Source: Eledone cirrhosa
Taxonomy: Eukaryota
DNA length: 64,000 nucleotides
Direction: 5' to 3'
Assembly (NCBI GenBank): GCA_964016885.1
Contig: OZ024742.1
Coordinates: 223,076,001 to 223,140,000, forward strand
The notes beneath the pieces are model-generated. The model worked only from the letters and a program-made list of their open reading frames with translations. It did no database searches and was not told the origin of the DNA. This document shows, piece by piece, positions 40,334-53,644 of this stretch; position 1 is the stretch's first letter; each line of letters begins with the position of its first letter. A program made the translations under genes and the position numbers.

Positions 40334-40928
40334 TTAAAGAGAGTAGTAAATTTTAGTCATCCATCTCTAAATTTGTATTACATATTTTGTAATTAAGTGG
40401 CAATATATCTTTAGTATTAGTAAATATGTTATAAGGAGGAAGGAAGTTTCTTAAGTCCCTCCTCTTAACTTATGAGACATCATTGAGTGGAGAAAAGTCA
40501 TTGACAAAAGCACAAAAGACTTCTGGTAAATTTTCTAGGGTAATTTTGCTTCCCTATCACGGCTTATATTAAAATATTTTTGTGACTATTTCTAATGAAA
40601 TAATCTATTTCAATTAATGAATAATTTTGAAGGATTTACTAAAATCATTTCATTACTAAGATAGTAACTTGACATGGTTCTTATATAAGAATTATGTTGG
40701 AAGGTTTTAATTTATATAAGAACCCTTTAAAATGGGTGGTTTTGTTTCATAGAACCAAAGGCAGTTTAGGCTGGATTGCTATCAAAAGGGTTAAGTCTCT
40801 ACTCTTATCAGTGGATTTTGTTGCCATTTTTACTACTCTATAGGGGATTATATGAAGATACTTTCTTTTATGCTCTCACTTGAAGGCATGAGGCGTAATA
40901 GTGGCAACATTAGGTTTAAAATCATAAT

Positions 40929-41112
40929 TGTTTCTACTTTAGGCACAAGGCCAGCAATTACCCAGTGCATTACTGGTACTTTATTTTATCGACCCCGTAA
41001 GGATGAAAGGCAAAGTCAACCTCGGCGGTATTTGAACTCAGTTCGTAAAGAGACGTAACTATGCTGGAAAGCATGGCGTCCGACCCTCTACCGATACTGC
41101 CAATCCACCGCC
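40929..41112 (-). mobile_element. Full-length young SINE with 21-bp TSD
   Basis: CATTAGGTTTAAAATCATAAT at 40908-40928 and 41113-41133; GGCGG head and GAGTTCAAAT box B on the - strand. Confidence 0.95.
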
Positions 41113-41872
41113 CATTAGGTTTAAAATCATAATGTTGTTGGTTTAGTTTCTAGATCTGACAGTAAGTTGTGTTTTTGAGTGAAACACTTCATTTCATGTT
41201 GCTTCAGTCAACTCACCTGAAAATGAAGGCCACCAGAAGCTGGGAGTTAACCATGCAATTGCCTGGTGTTCCATCCAGGGAAGAGTCTTGTTCTCTCAGT
41301 TGCTTAAACCAAGATAAGTCTTGGCCTAATCAGCCTCCAGGCTTGGAAAAGACTTTATTTAAAAAAAAACTCACTTATTGGTTGCAGTCATTGGATTGAA
41401 GCCATACTGGGGCAACACTTAAAGAGTTTAGCCAGTCATATCAACCTGAGTTTTCTTAAAGTCTGTTGCTTGTTTTATTTATTGCTGTTTGTCAAACTGC
41501 TATGTTATGAGACATAAAAACAAATATAACTGCTTGCTAAATGGTGATCGGAGTTGAAATCCTGCCTCCTATCACAAAAAAAGTGGTGATGCTTCTGTCA
41601 AGAGTTGTTACCAGTAGATAGTATCATCAATGGAAACATTGTTTCCTTGGTCTGTTTCTATTGGTCTTTTCATTTCTAATACTATCTGCCAGTCACAATT
41701 CTTTGTAGAAGAAATAATCTGATAGTCTTTTCATTGCTGCTATTACCTGCTGGCCACAACTTCTGGTAGAAGCGTCACTGCTTATATACTGAGAAAAAAA
41801 GAAGGAAAGGAGCCAATTGTCAAATCAGATCAAGGAAACAATATTTTCATTGGTCTTTCTATTTCTAATACT

Positions 41873-42052
41873 TGTTTCTATTTTTGGCACAAGGCCAGCA
41901 ATTATCCCAGTGCATTACTGGTGCTTTATTTTATCGCCCCCGTAAGATGAAAGGCAAAGTTAACCTCGGTGGGATATGAACTCAGACCGTAAAGGGGTGT
42001 AGCTCTATGCTGTAAAGCATGGCGTCCGACCCTCTACCGATTTTGCCAATCC
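41873..42052 (-). mobile_element. Young SINE with 10-bp TSD TTCTAATACT
   Basis: TSD at 41863-41872 and 42053-42062. Confidence 0.9.
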
Positions 42053-43039
42053 TTCTAATACTATATACCAGTTGCAACTCTTGGCAGAAGAAAGGATCGA
42101 TAGTCAAATTGGACCAAGGAAACAATGTTTAGATTTGTCTTTTCAGTGTTGATAGATTTTATTAATAACTTATGAAGATAATGAGTGTTATTTTAAGGAG
42201 TGATGTGACTGGCGCTATAGATATTATGGTTTATATTTAATGTCTATCTGGATCATATGAGAAACAGCTGAATAGATGGTCTGTCAATCAGACAGAGAGA
42301 TGAGTGAATGGATAAATAGACAGACAGACAAGTACATAGACAGACAGATGAATGGGTGGATGGGTATATAAATATGAATAAAAATAGATGTGTCCTGCTT
42401 AATTTTGTGTTGGAGAAGACTGAGTCTGGCCTAGCATGTAACAACCTCTCTAGTGTTGGCACCATAATAAAATGCACTCAGTACACCCTGTAAAGTGCTA
42501 GTGTTGGTGCCACAATAATATCAACCTAATCCACTCTTTAAAGTGGTAATGCCTGTGTTACAAAAAATGCACCCAGTACACCCTGTCAGGTGGTTGGCAT
42601 TAGGAAAGGCAACCAGCAGTAGAACCTATGCCAAATGTGGAACATAACGGGCAAAAGGGTTGCTCTGATCTGTCTGGCCTTGGACTGTGACAACCTGTCC
42701 AACCCATGTCAGTGTGGGAAGCTGACATAAAATGATTATGAAACATTTTTATAAAAGTCAATTGTTACATAATAATTGTTAATTATAATTTAATGCTTTT
42801 GATACCAAACCTGAAACCACCTCTGGTTCTCTGATAAAAAAAACTGTTGTTTTGAAAGTGTTTATATTCATCTAAAAACTTTTCATCATAATTTTATATA
42901 AGAACCTTTTATTAAGTTATAATTAATGATGTGAAACTTAATTGTTTTACTAAATCCCTCTAAATTCTTGATTATTTTCAAAATTATTTGAAAACCATAG
43001 GCAGTTTCTTTCATTAACAAGGGTTAAAATGTTTATATA

Positions 43040-43207
43040 TTGAAATTCCATTATAATGAAATTCATGGGGTATAAAAAAAATTTGTTGTAACGAAAAATT
43101 CTTTATAATGAGATCAACCTAACACATTGAGATGGGGATTGAAAAAAATTTTGTTATACTGAAAAATTTGTTATAATGGTATTCGTTATAACGGAATTTT
43201 ACCTGTA
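43040..43207. mobile_element. Tigger/pogo-like MITE remnant
   Basis: Internal TTYGTTRTAAY repeats; ends TTCGTTATAACGGAATTTTACCTG-TA. Confidence 0.5.
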
Positions 43208-43884
43208 TTCATCTAAGATCCCTCCATCATAATTTTATGTAAGAACCTTTGCGCTGTTGTGTTTCAAACACAAGATTATTAATCAGAAAGTTAATAATTA
43301 CATTAGAAAGTCCCTCTAAATTCTTGATTATTTTTAATTAAAAATATGGCAAAGAAAAGTTTAAAAATTAAGAAAACAAAAACAATTTGTTCTAGTTTCT
43401 CTAAAATGTCAAATATTTCTGTTGATTTAATTCAAAGTTTATTGAATTAAAACCTTAATAAATATAATAAAATATCCATGAATTGAAATATAAAATTTCT
43501 ATAAACAGTTAATTATTACATAATTTTTATTCACAATTAATGTAATTACTGATATTTGTCTAGAAGCTTTACCTCTTTTTGTAAAAATTCTCAGTTGAAT
43601 TTCAATATTGCTCTGTTTATTCCTGATCTGAATATTTTCTGAACTTGCTTTGTCAGCTATTTTGACATGTCAGATAATAATTGTTTCTACTTTAGGCACA
43701 AGGCCAGCAATTTGAAGGGGAGGTGAAAGTTGATTAAATCGACCCCAGTGCATGACTGGTGCTTTATTTTATCGACCTCGTAAGAATGAAAGGCAAAACT
43801 AACTTTGGTGGGATTTGAACTCAGAACGTAAAGGGTCGATAATATTAATATTAATAATAATAATACCATCACCACCACCAACAA

Positions 43885-44195
43885 CAACACTATATCTCTA
43901 TCAAGGAAATAATCCAAATATAAAAGATCTGGAGATAGAAATAACTCGAATGTGGATGATGAAAATAGAAATGATCCCTATAATGATAAGGTGCTCTGTA
44001 GAATATAAAAAAAAACACACAAACAGACACATAACCAAAACTTACAAATATATACAACATAAAGAAACATAGCACTACTTGGCACCGCATACATATTATG
44101 AAGTCTACTCTCAATACAATAGAAACAACACTACATATATCCAAGGTGCACAGTGCTGTATATCAGTGATAACACTAAATAGAAATTACTAATGA
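43885..44195 (+). mobile_element. R4/Dong-clade LINE 3' end (restriction-like endonuclease C-terminus)
   Basis: KDLEIEITRMWMMKIEMIPIMI..GAL...IALLGTAYIL*SLLSIQ*; lies between (TAA)n-like tracts. Confidence 0.75.
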
Positions 44196-46419
44196 TGATG
44201 ATAATTGTTTCTACTTTTGGCACGAGACCAGCGATTACCCCAGTGCATTACTGGTACTTTATTTTATCGATCCCGTAAGGTGATTTGTAATTAGGGTATA
44301 AGGCCAGCAATTTTACGGTAAGGGGAAAGTTGATTAATCGACCCTAGTACTTGACTAGTATTTTATTTTATGGGAGATGAAATGCAAAGTTAACCTCGAT
44401 GGGATTTGAGTTCAGAACATAAAGGCCTGTAGCTAAATGCAAAGCATTTTGTCTGAAACATTACTGATACTATTTACCACCTTCATTTCAATAGTAATAA
44501 TAATGGTTTCTAATTTAGGCACAAGGGTAACCATTTGAAAAGGGAAAGTCAAATTGACCTCTGTACTTGACTGGTACTTTATTTTATTGACCCTAGAAAG
44601 ATGAAAGGCAAAGTTGACCTCGGCAGGATTTGAACTGAGAATGTAAAGAGTCGTAGCAAATATCAGACGCTCTAACAATAGGTTTCTAATTTAGGCGCAA
44701 GGACAGCAACTTTTGAGAGGAGGTGAAAGTTGATTAAATTGACCCCTGTAAATTTTTGGTACTTTATTAGTAAAAGTATAAATAGTTTGTTGAGTCAGCT
44801 CTCAGCTCTAGCAATCTAATCCTAGGAGGGCAAAAACGAAATGCTGAGTGAATTTGTGGCAGGCATTAACCTTGTGATGGACAAGCAGCTGTCCAGGGGA
44901 AATCTTGTACTCTCAATAGCTTAACACCAATGAAACTGAGATGCCTTTTGGTTTGATTAACTTTCACATTTGGGGCTAACTTTAACCCTAAAATGAACTA
45001 GCATTCTATCTAGGGAGGAATCTTCTACTCTCTATAGCTTAACACAAATGAAACTGAGAAAAGCTGAAAGACACTACCTTTGGTTTTCAAATAATTTTTA
45101 AAATGAGAAAAAATTTAGAGGGATTTAGAAATGTGGCTAACTTTCCCATTATTAAGTCTTTTACTACCATATTTCAACTGGAAGGCAATACCTGTGTTCC
45201 TCAAATAATGTTGAAAATGATCAAGAATTAGGAAGGATTTAGTGATCTAACTTATTTTCTCATTATTAAGCTGGTGTTTGGAACACAACTTAAAGGTTCT
45301 TATATAAATTTATTATGGAAGGCTTTCAGATAAATATAAACACTTTTAACTCTTTAGTATTTAAACCGGCTCTATTTAGCCAGAATTCTTTCACCACTTT
45401 CTGTTCAAACCATCTGTAACCTGCCGCTCATACTTAAGTTAAGGTATTCTCAAAATAAATATAAAAATCTCAGATTCGATATTATGTGAGGTAAAGCCTT
45501 TACTGTGAAAATATAATAATAAATATAGAGTAATGTAAATGCTAAAGAGTTAAAGTGCTTTGTACCAAAGAATCTGGGGGAAGTTTGGTATCAAAAGGAT
45601 TGATATAAAATTGAAACTAAAACCTTGGATTTTCTTAAAATACGTGTCAGCTAAAACAGTAAAAAAAAATAATGGCTATCAAACTACAAACTAAAGATTG
45701 TATTTTAATTTGAAAACCTCGCCAATCTTTCAAGAATACCAAGCCATTAGTAGAGGTTATTACTGTCATTTATAATCTGTCTTTAGTTTAATTTGATACA
45801 CATGTTTAATCAGTTTTAGTTTTCATTTTAGAAAGACAAATTGCCAAAATTGTCAATATATATATGTGTGTGTGCATATGCGCGTATATATGTATATGCA
45901 TATGTATTTGTGTGTGTGTGTTTGTGTATATGCGCATGTATTTGTGTATATGTGTGTTTGTGTATATGCACATGTATTTGTATGTATGTGTGTGTTTGTG
46001 TATATGCGCATGTGTATGTATGTACGTACGCATATAGGTATTACAAAAAGTTATTACTGCAATAATGATTAAGAATTATTTTTCAGAAATACTTTTATTT
46101 ATTTTTAAAATGAGAGACAGAAACAAAATTAGATTCACAATTTAGCTTTAATCAGATGATTGAACTGAAATATTTATCAAAGAGCTTGTCTGTGCTTCTA
46201 TTCATTTGCCCAGGTATGAGAATTCTCTGGAGCCATCTTACAGTAACTATTCATGTATAATCACATCAATATGTAAGTTGCACCTCAAATTTCCTCACAT
46301 CATAACTCACAAACACACTCTCTCTCGCACAGACTTTCGAATTAGGCAGAAGCTTGCCTGATTCAAGAGTTGTGGAGTGTCATAAAAATAATATAGTGCA
46401 GGGATGGGAAAGCAAATTA

Positions 46420-46660
46420 TCATCATCCTTTGACCTAGTTGGTCAGAATACTCTCATCAATTCCTCTCCATACCTTACAATCCAGCACTACTATCCTCTG
46501 TTCTCTGAGGTGGATTCCTGAATTTCATGAGGCAGTCTCTGGATAAGTCCTTTTTCGATAGGGGTAGACCTCGAGCATGATGGTTAGATAACATTGATGA
46601 GCTTGGCTGGTCTCACCTGGGTATCTAGCCGGATCAGTTGGACTCTGCTCTCATGACCCT
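46420..46660 (-). mobile_element. Old LINE (RTE-like) 3' end remnant
   Basis: The - strand has a decayed D...WR terminal motif (LDCKVWR), then a stop and a (GAT)n tail. Confidence 0.45.
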
Positions 46661-46744
46661 CTAAGGAATAAGTGGTGATAGAAAAGAAGAAACCCTGAAC
46701 AAAATATTGATACAAAGTCATGATAGAAATAAGTTACTTCTCAT

Positions 46745-47665
46745 GTACACTACTATGGATCCTCATTAAAAAAAAATCTAGCCTTAATAATCAATAATGT
46801 AATATTCGACAAATTGACTGGTTTGTTTAATCAACTGCGATCTGATAAAGATCAATCCACCAGTAAAACAATATTTGAATCATTTGCATTTTAGAATAAT
46901 TTCCCATATGAATTTAAAAGTGAAATACATGACACAGATCTCTAAAAATGTAGGTTCATGGAACACTTGGACTATAACTGCTTCCTTTGTGTTATATTGA
47001 CCCACAATGATGATGATAACCAGATATGGGGTAATGATGGAAAGGTAAAACTTAACTTCTTACTTGAGATGTTGCTTCCTGATAAATGTACATCTGTAAC
47101 AGGTAAACCAAAACTATTCTTACAAGTTTGTCAGGGATTGAAACTCGTTAGTGGGATATTGCTTCATGATGGTGCTGTTGATAGGTGGAGTGAATATATG
47201 AATATATCGCATCTTACAGAGTACCTATATGGGCAGACATATTTCTAGTTCACTCAACTGTCTCTGGATTTTACTCTTGGCGAGCTAAAACGTATGGATC
47301 CTGGTTTATACAATTATTATACACTGTAAATGTGGTTGGCTTTTGGAAGGGCATCCAGCCATAGAAATCTAGTCAGAAACAGTCCTATGTGAGCAAGACA
47401 TGGTCACCTGACCCAACTTGCCTCTAATGGGACAACCTGTTTGACCTATGCTGGTGTGGAAAATGGACATTAAACGATGATGATGAAGATGATGATTAGC
47501 CAAAGTTTTTGAAGATGGAGGTCAATTCAACTGCAACAAGTAATGATTTTAGTAAATTATGTGGTTGCTTATGAATATGTGTATAAAGCTATGGATATGG
47601 ATAAAGTGAAACAGGTTCCGTGTATAACAAGCATGCTTACAAAAGAATTACTTTCTTACAAGTAA
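46745..47665 (+). pseudogene. Intronless effector-caspase (caspase-3/7-like) pseudogene
   Basis: ALIINN.F, CFLCVILTH, GKPKLFLQVCQG, HSTVSGFYSWR...GSWFIQ and KQVPCITSMLTKEL in order with no introns. Several frameshifts and stops; split by an RTE-tail insertion. Confidence 0.9.
47321..47497 (+). mobile_element. RTE 3'-tail insertion inside the caspase pseudogene
   Basis: GTGGTTGG...GAAGGGCATCCAGCC...GGACATTAAAC(GAT)n. Confidence 0.85.
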
Positions 47666-50600
47666 TCTCAGTAATTATCAATTTTAAGATCATGGCGATT
47701 TTATTTTTGATTTTTTTAAAATCTTCACCTTTGAAAATGTCTCTCTGCAAAACATTCACTATAAATAAAATTATGAGTAAACACATACATATTTCATTTT
47801 TGCTTCTGGTCCAAAATCAAATTGCCATTTATAAAAATGAACAGTGGACCTTGGCATTCACCACAATATCGCTATGAACAATTTTAAATATTGGTATTTT
47901 ATTTTACTGCTCTTATTTGGTACTATCATATTTATTATAAATATTTATAATATAAACAGTGTGTTTATTGTTTTTGTTGTGCTTTTCCTGTCTTCCACAA
48001 ATCAACCATCTTCATCAACACATCCATTTTTGCTTCAGATATATATCTTTATCATAAAACATGACTGTCATGTGGTAGATTTGTGTGAGAAATTGTAATT
48101 TGATATCTTCCTCCCTATCATTCCCAATCTCACAATCTTGACAAAACAGTCAAGTATCCAGTAGCATTTATCTACTATAGCTATTTATCTAAGTATCTAT
48201 CTATCTTCAGAGGGTAAAAACAATATGTCTGTCTGTGTCCCTGTTATTGCCTCCTCCTTATTGAGGACGCCTTGTTTTGTAAACTCCCCCCATTGTACTT
48301 GTCCCACTTTTGATGCCCTGGTGGCAAATAAAAGAAACATATCTATCTAGTTATTTATCTGTCTATCTGTCTGTATGTCAGTTTGTGACTGTTTACCCAC
48401 ATACCTACCTGCATACCTACCCCCCACCTATCTACACACCTGCCCACCTACTCGCCCACCCACCTACCTACATATCTAGAACTCTCTGATAGTGAAGAGT
48501 CAACAGTGCATAATAATCATACAAAAACAGTGAGTATTTAACCCTTTAGTATTTAAACTGGCCACATCCGGCCAGAATTCTCTCACCTCTTTCTGTTCAA
48601 ACTGGCCATAACTGGCTGCTCATACTTGTTAAGGTATTATTCTCAAAATATATAATATCAATATCTCATAGTTTCGATATTATGTGAGATAATTATGTGA
48701 GATATAGTATTTACCATGAAAACACAATAGTAAATATAGAGTAATGTAAATGCTAAAGGGTAAACGCATAAAAGAAATACATTCATGTAGTTGACTGTGA
48801 CTATAAATTTCATTGACACAAGAAATAGTATTATCAAATGCCAATTGCCACACTTATATAAATGTTACAATCATATATAAACTTCATCACCATTTTATGT
48901 CTATTTTCCATGTTTGCATGGGTTGAACAGGTTGCCATAATGAAGCTAGACAGACAAATTAAACAACTGTGTCTGGCTCATATGTTTCATTTTATAATTT
49001 TTATGGCTAGATGACTTTTATGCCAACCACTTCATGGCGTGTGCTGGGTTTGTTTTCTCAGTGTACAACTTCTACCTGACAGGGTGGAATGGGTGCTTTT
49101 TCATGGCACCAGCACTACCATTTTACAGTGTAGTCTTGGTGCATTTCTGGTGTCACCTGCTCTACCACTTTACAGTGTGGGTTGGGTACATTTATCATGG
49201 AACCAGTACTATCACTTTACAGAGTGGGCTGGGAGAATTTTATTGTAACATCAGTACTACCATCTTCCAGAGTGGGTTGAACTTTGAGTGCATTTTTTAT
49301 TACTCTACCAGTACTACCACATTTCAACACTAGCTTGCTTGTGTCCTTGGGTTGGGAGGACAGTGGTAATGAGTGTCAGGGATAGAAGAGCTGGATTTGG
49401 GCTCCCTGTTACTAGGTGGGATGAGCATGGCTTTCTAGGCTGGCATAGTTAGGCATGGAGGTGAAGAATTCAAGGGTAAGTTTGGCAGTGTAAGTTGTTG
49501 GGGGAATGTTGGGCCATAGGGTGGTCTTGGAGAGAGGGAGAGGAGTGAGCAGGCAGTATCTGGCAGTACAATGAAGGTGCATCTGCTTTTGTGTAGGAGT
49601 CAAGGTTATGAGTGGGAGAAGAGATTAGCTGGGTAGAGGAAGGACTATAGTGGGGGTGATCAAGTGTGTGAGTTGGGGGACGACTTTGTGAAAGGAGGAT
49701 GATGAAAGGCGCAGCCTAAGTGTTTTTCATCCTGCCTGTGTAGTGATGCAAGTCTGTGACATCTCTTCTGTGATGTCCAACTTTTTAAGATCAGCTCATT
49801 AATGCTTCATTGTTGTTGTACGATACAATTATACACTCATCATTGGGTGTTTTTTTGTCAGGGCACTCATATGACCACCTTGTAGAGTGGGCTGGGTGCT
49901 TTTTTGTTGTGACACCATGTATGCATGAATGGACTGCACAGGAAAGGTATATCAGGGGTGTGGGGAGTGAGTAGACATCTACTTTTGTAATGCCCACCTA
50001 GGCCAGATGGACTGTCATATTCTGAGGCTAGGCGAGACAGAAGACTGTTTAGTTCATACATTCCATACTTGTTTTAGCTTGGTTTTCCCAGCCAGATGCC
50101 CTTCCTAGCACTAATCAAGCATTTTGTTGTATTATAAGGTGGGGCATGTCCAGCCTTCCACATTGGCATGGAATGAATGGTGGGGCATATGTCTTTTGTA
50201 TATTGGTATGGGTGAGTTAGGCTTGGCTAGGATGGTAGAATGAAGGTGGGCTCTTTATTATTAAAACACCCAAGAAACCTCCTATAAAATATCTTATAGT
50301 AGGCCAGCTTAACCTACATAGGTATTAACTGTACCAACCACATAAAACTAGGGTCCCTATTACTAGAACACCTGAAAAACCTCTTATGAGATACAACCAT
50401 CTAACCCTGCATAAGTGTGGGCTGTAAAATTCATTTAATCTCTATCAAATCAATTTTCACTGAGAATGTTATCATTTTATGTCTCTTCTTCCATGATTGC
50501 ACAAGTTGGACAAAGCCTGGAACTTACTGTCCATTTCATAGACATTAAGTGGTTGAGAGTACAAAATATTTCCCTGGTTAGGATGTTAGTCCATCACAGA

Positions 50601-51526
50601 GTTAATGCCTAGTTGCTGCTGATACTCACTTTCAGCCTAGTTAAATGAAGTGCATTGATGAAGCACACAATGAGTCAGCTGGACAGGAGGGGTCAGGCTC
50701 ATGACCTTATTGTGATTTCCACTAGGCCACAAAATACAAGTCTTCCCTCATGGATAAGATACCAATCCATCACAAAGCCAACCCCCTGGTACTAATCAGC
50801 TGAGTGAACTGGAGCAATGTGAAAGGAAGTGCCTTGATGAAGAGCACAGTATGTCACATGGTTTGGAAAATCAAATCCATGTCCTTAAGACCATAATAAG
50901 CCTAACCCCTTAATCACTATGTCACACATATTCATATGTCACTGAGAATGGCTATATAAATATTTATGATAAATAGGCACAGGCATAGTTCTGTGGTTAA
51001 GGATTTCACATGGCAACCACACGGTTTTGCTTTCAGTCACACTGTGCACTACCGTGGGCAAGTGTCTCTACTATAACCTTAGGTTGATTAATGTCATATA
51101 TGTATGTGAGTATGTGTACATTGAAGTTTGTTTATGATTGTGTGTGTGTGTTTATGAAAAAAATAACTTAGTGGTTTGACAAAAGAAGATTGATAAAATA
51201 AGTACTAAGACTACCATTTTACAGAGTACGCAAGGTGCATTTTTACTATAGAACCAGCTCTGCCAGTGTATTTTATAGCACTAGCACTAGAAAGGTTTTG
51301 TCCTTAGTATGATTAAATGATCAACTCAATCCTATATTGCATTAACAGATCAATGAATTTATGAAACCACAACTGTTACATAAACTACACAAACTAGTTT
51401 TTGGCCTTTTCTAGAATTGTGTATTGTTGGCTTTGTACCAAATGTGACTTGGCAGATCTATCTAACCTACATTTGCATTGAAATACACACACGCGTGTGT
51501 ATGTATGATTATGTGTGTGTATGTAC

Positions 51527-51569
<43 letters not shown>

Positions 51570-51879
51570 ATAGGAACTTATCATTCTGATCGTTACTTAA
51601 ACACAACACTAGTCAATAAATCTGGAATGGCCTGATGAACACTCAATGATAAACAGAATACATTTGTTGACTCGGAGTAGCAATAATTAATTCAAAAGGG
51701 TACAGGGTGTATAGATGTGTAGAAATAGAAACCAAACTGAGAATGACAAATACCTAGGGGAAATATATATATATATAAAGTGGTTGATACACACATCCAT
51801 GCACGTTCACAAACACACAGTAAATGTTATTGATTGTTATAGTTAGATGTATTCGTGAGTCAATAATAATATTATAATA

Positions 51880-52182
51880 ATTGTTTCTACGTTTGGCACA
51901 AGGCCAGCAATTACTCAGTGCATTACTGGTACTTTATTTTATCGACCCCGTAATGATGAAAGGCAAAGTTAACCTCGACGGGATTTGAACTCAGAATGGC
52001 TAGGGCTGTAACTCTGTGTCAAAGCATGGCGTCTGACCCTCTACCGATACTGCCAATCATCCGCATAATAATATTATAATAATTGTTTCTACTTTTGACA
52101 CAAGGCCAGCAATTACCCAGTGATATTACTGGTACTTTATTTTATCGACCCCGTAAGGATGAAAGGCAAAGTTAACCTCGGC
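51880..52182 (-). mobile_element. Tandem SINE pair (one full, one 5'-truncated)
   Basis: Two copies separated and flanked by ATAATAATATTATAAT. Confidence 0.9.
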
Positions 52183-52884
52183 ATAATAATATAATATAAT
52201 TAATATTCTGTTTGTTTACAAGTAATCAACCTGATAAAATAGCACGTGGTAGATGACAACGTCATCCTTTTGTTCCAACAGTAGCTGAGAGAAAACAATC
52301 GACAATTGTTTCAGAGTGTCTTGTTCCTTGTCAAGATTGTGTATTCTACTCACCTGCTATCCGCTGGAACTAGCAGAGCTGCCTGGTAATTCCCGGCTAT
52401 TTTATTAAAGTTTCAATATTTGACTATTGAAATATGATTGCTGAATTTTAACTAAAGTAGGAATTATAGCAGAATCTTTATTGCCATTTGTTTAAAGCAA
52501 ATCATGTAGATAAAAATATTATTAGTTTTGTCTAGTGGTGATTTTTTAAAAAATACTGCTCCCTATTACAGTCAGCATATATAATGCTTCGCACTTGGAA
52601 GAATCATTAGGTATGTTGTCAGTGAAAAGGGCATGACCCCAAAATAAATTTAGATTTTATTTATCCTTTTTTTTTTTTTTTTGCACAATCAGAACCTCTG
52701 AAATTCAAACAAAATGTGAAGGCTATTTTAAAAAGCATAAATAAAATAAAATAAAATAAAATAAAATAAAATAAAATAAAATAATAAATTTACTATTGGT
52801 TGATGAATGAATGAAGAATTTACTTACTCACATCTGTAATTTAGGAAAGTTTATTTAAATGTGTATAAGAGTGGTAAATATATA

Positions 52885-53644
52885 CATACCAGCCTGATAG
52901 CGCCTGGCGGTAGGCCTGCATCAGATCTTTTAGAAAGCCTTCACAACCAGTGCAACAATAGCAGGATTTTGGGAAAACTAATGGTCCAACACCACAGTTG
53001 TAACTTTTATCACGGAATCAAGTGATTATGGTCATTGAGCATTCCAGTGGTGGTATTTTTCACGCGTCAGAAATGAGTCACCACAATAACCCCCCCCCCC
53101 CCCCCGATACGTACTCGGAACAACAATGTGACTTGAGAGGGCGTGCGGTATATTTACACTGGAGTGGAGGAGGGGGGGGGGGTCTTCCTGAAAAGATAAA
53201 ATGCTGGTATACCTAGCCGAGTGCCAGCCGGACGAGCCAGCTAGTATATATATATATATATATATAGGTGATGTACTTAGCTTCACTTGGATAAACAGAC
53301 GATAAGAGAAGACAAGAAAAAAAAAATATATATATATATATGTACTTGGAAGTGTAAGTATTACAAACCTGTTTCGATTCTGCTGTGCGAGTGTGTCTGT
53401 ATGTTGAAACAGTTGCATTGGCATAATGAAAGGGAGGCAGCTCCGCTGTTCTAATTGCTTCCCCTTTTCGAATATACTTTATTGCCGTGGTTTTTTCATA
53501 ATTCGAGTCGTTGCTCGTCTCTCGGACAAAAATACCCTCACTTTCTTCCTTGGAAAAAGTTACATCTATGGTGTAAATTTGGTGCCGTTTGGTCCAGCCG
53601 TTTGGCCAAAAGTTTGTTACATACATATGATTATTAATATAGAT
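52885..53644. mobile_element. Non-autonomous Helitron-like remnants
   Basis: The - strand 5' end TCTATATTAATAAT..TGTATGT..AAACGGCTGGACC lies near 53643. GC-rich stretch plus CTAG|T at about 53215-53245 (+); GC-rich stretch plus CTGG|T near 52888 (-). Confidence 0.45.

Noticed and set aside
46214-46272. Possible exon CAG|...|GTAAGT upstream of the caspase relic
   Set aside because: No recognisable peptide, and the splice signals are within chance expectation.
49335-49760. G-rich block possibly from a retroelement 3' region
   Set aside because: No diagnostic protein or RNA motif found.
51632-51638. CTGATGA on the + strand
   Set aside because: No correctly placed GAAA or stems; it overlaps the - strand GAGTG hairpin motif instead.
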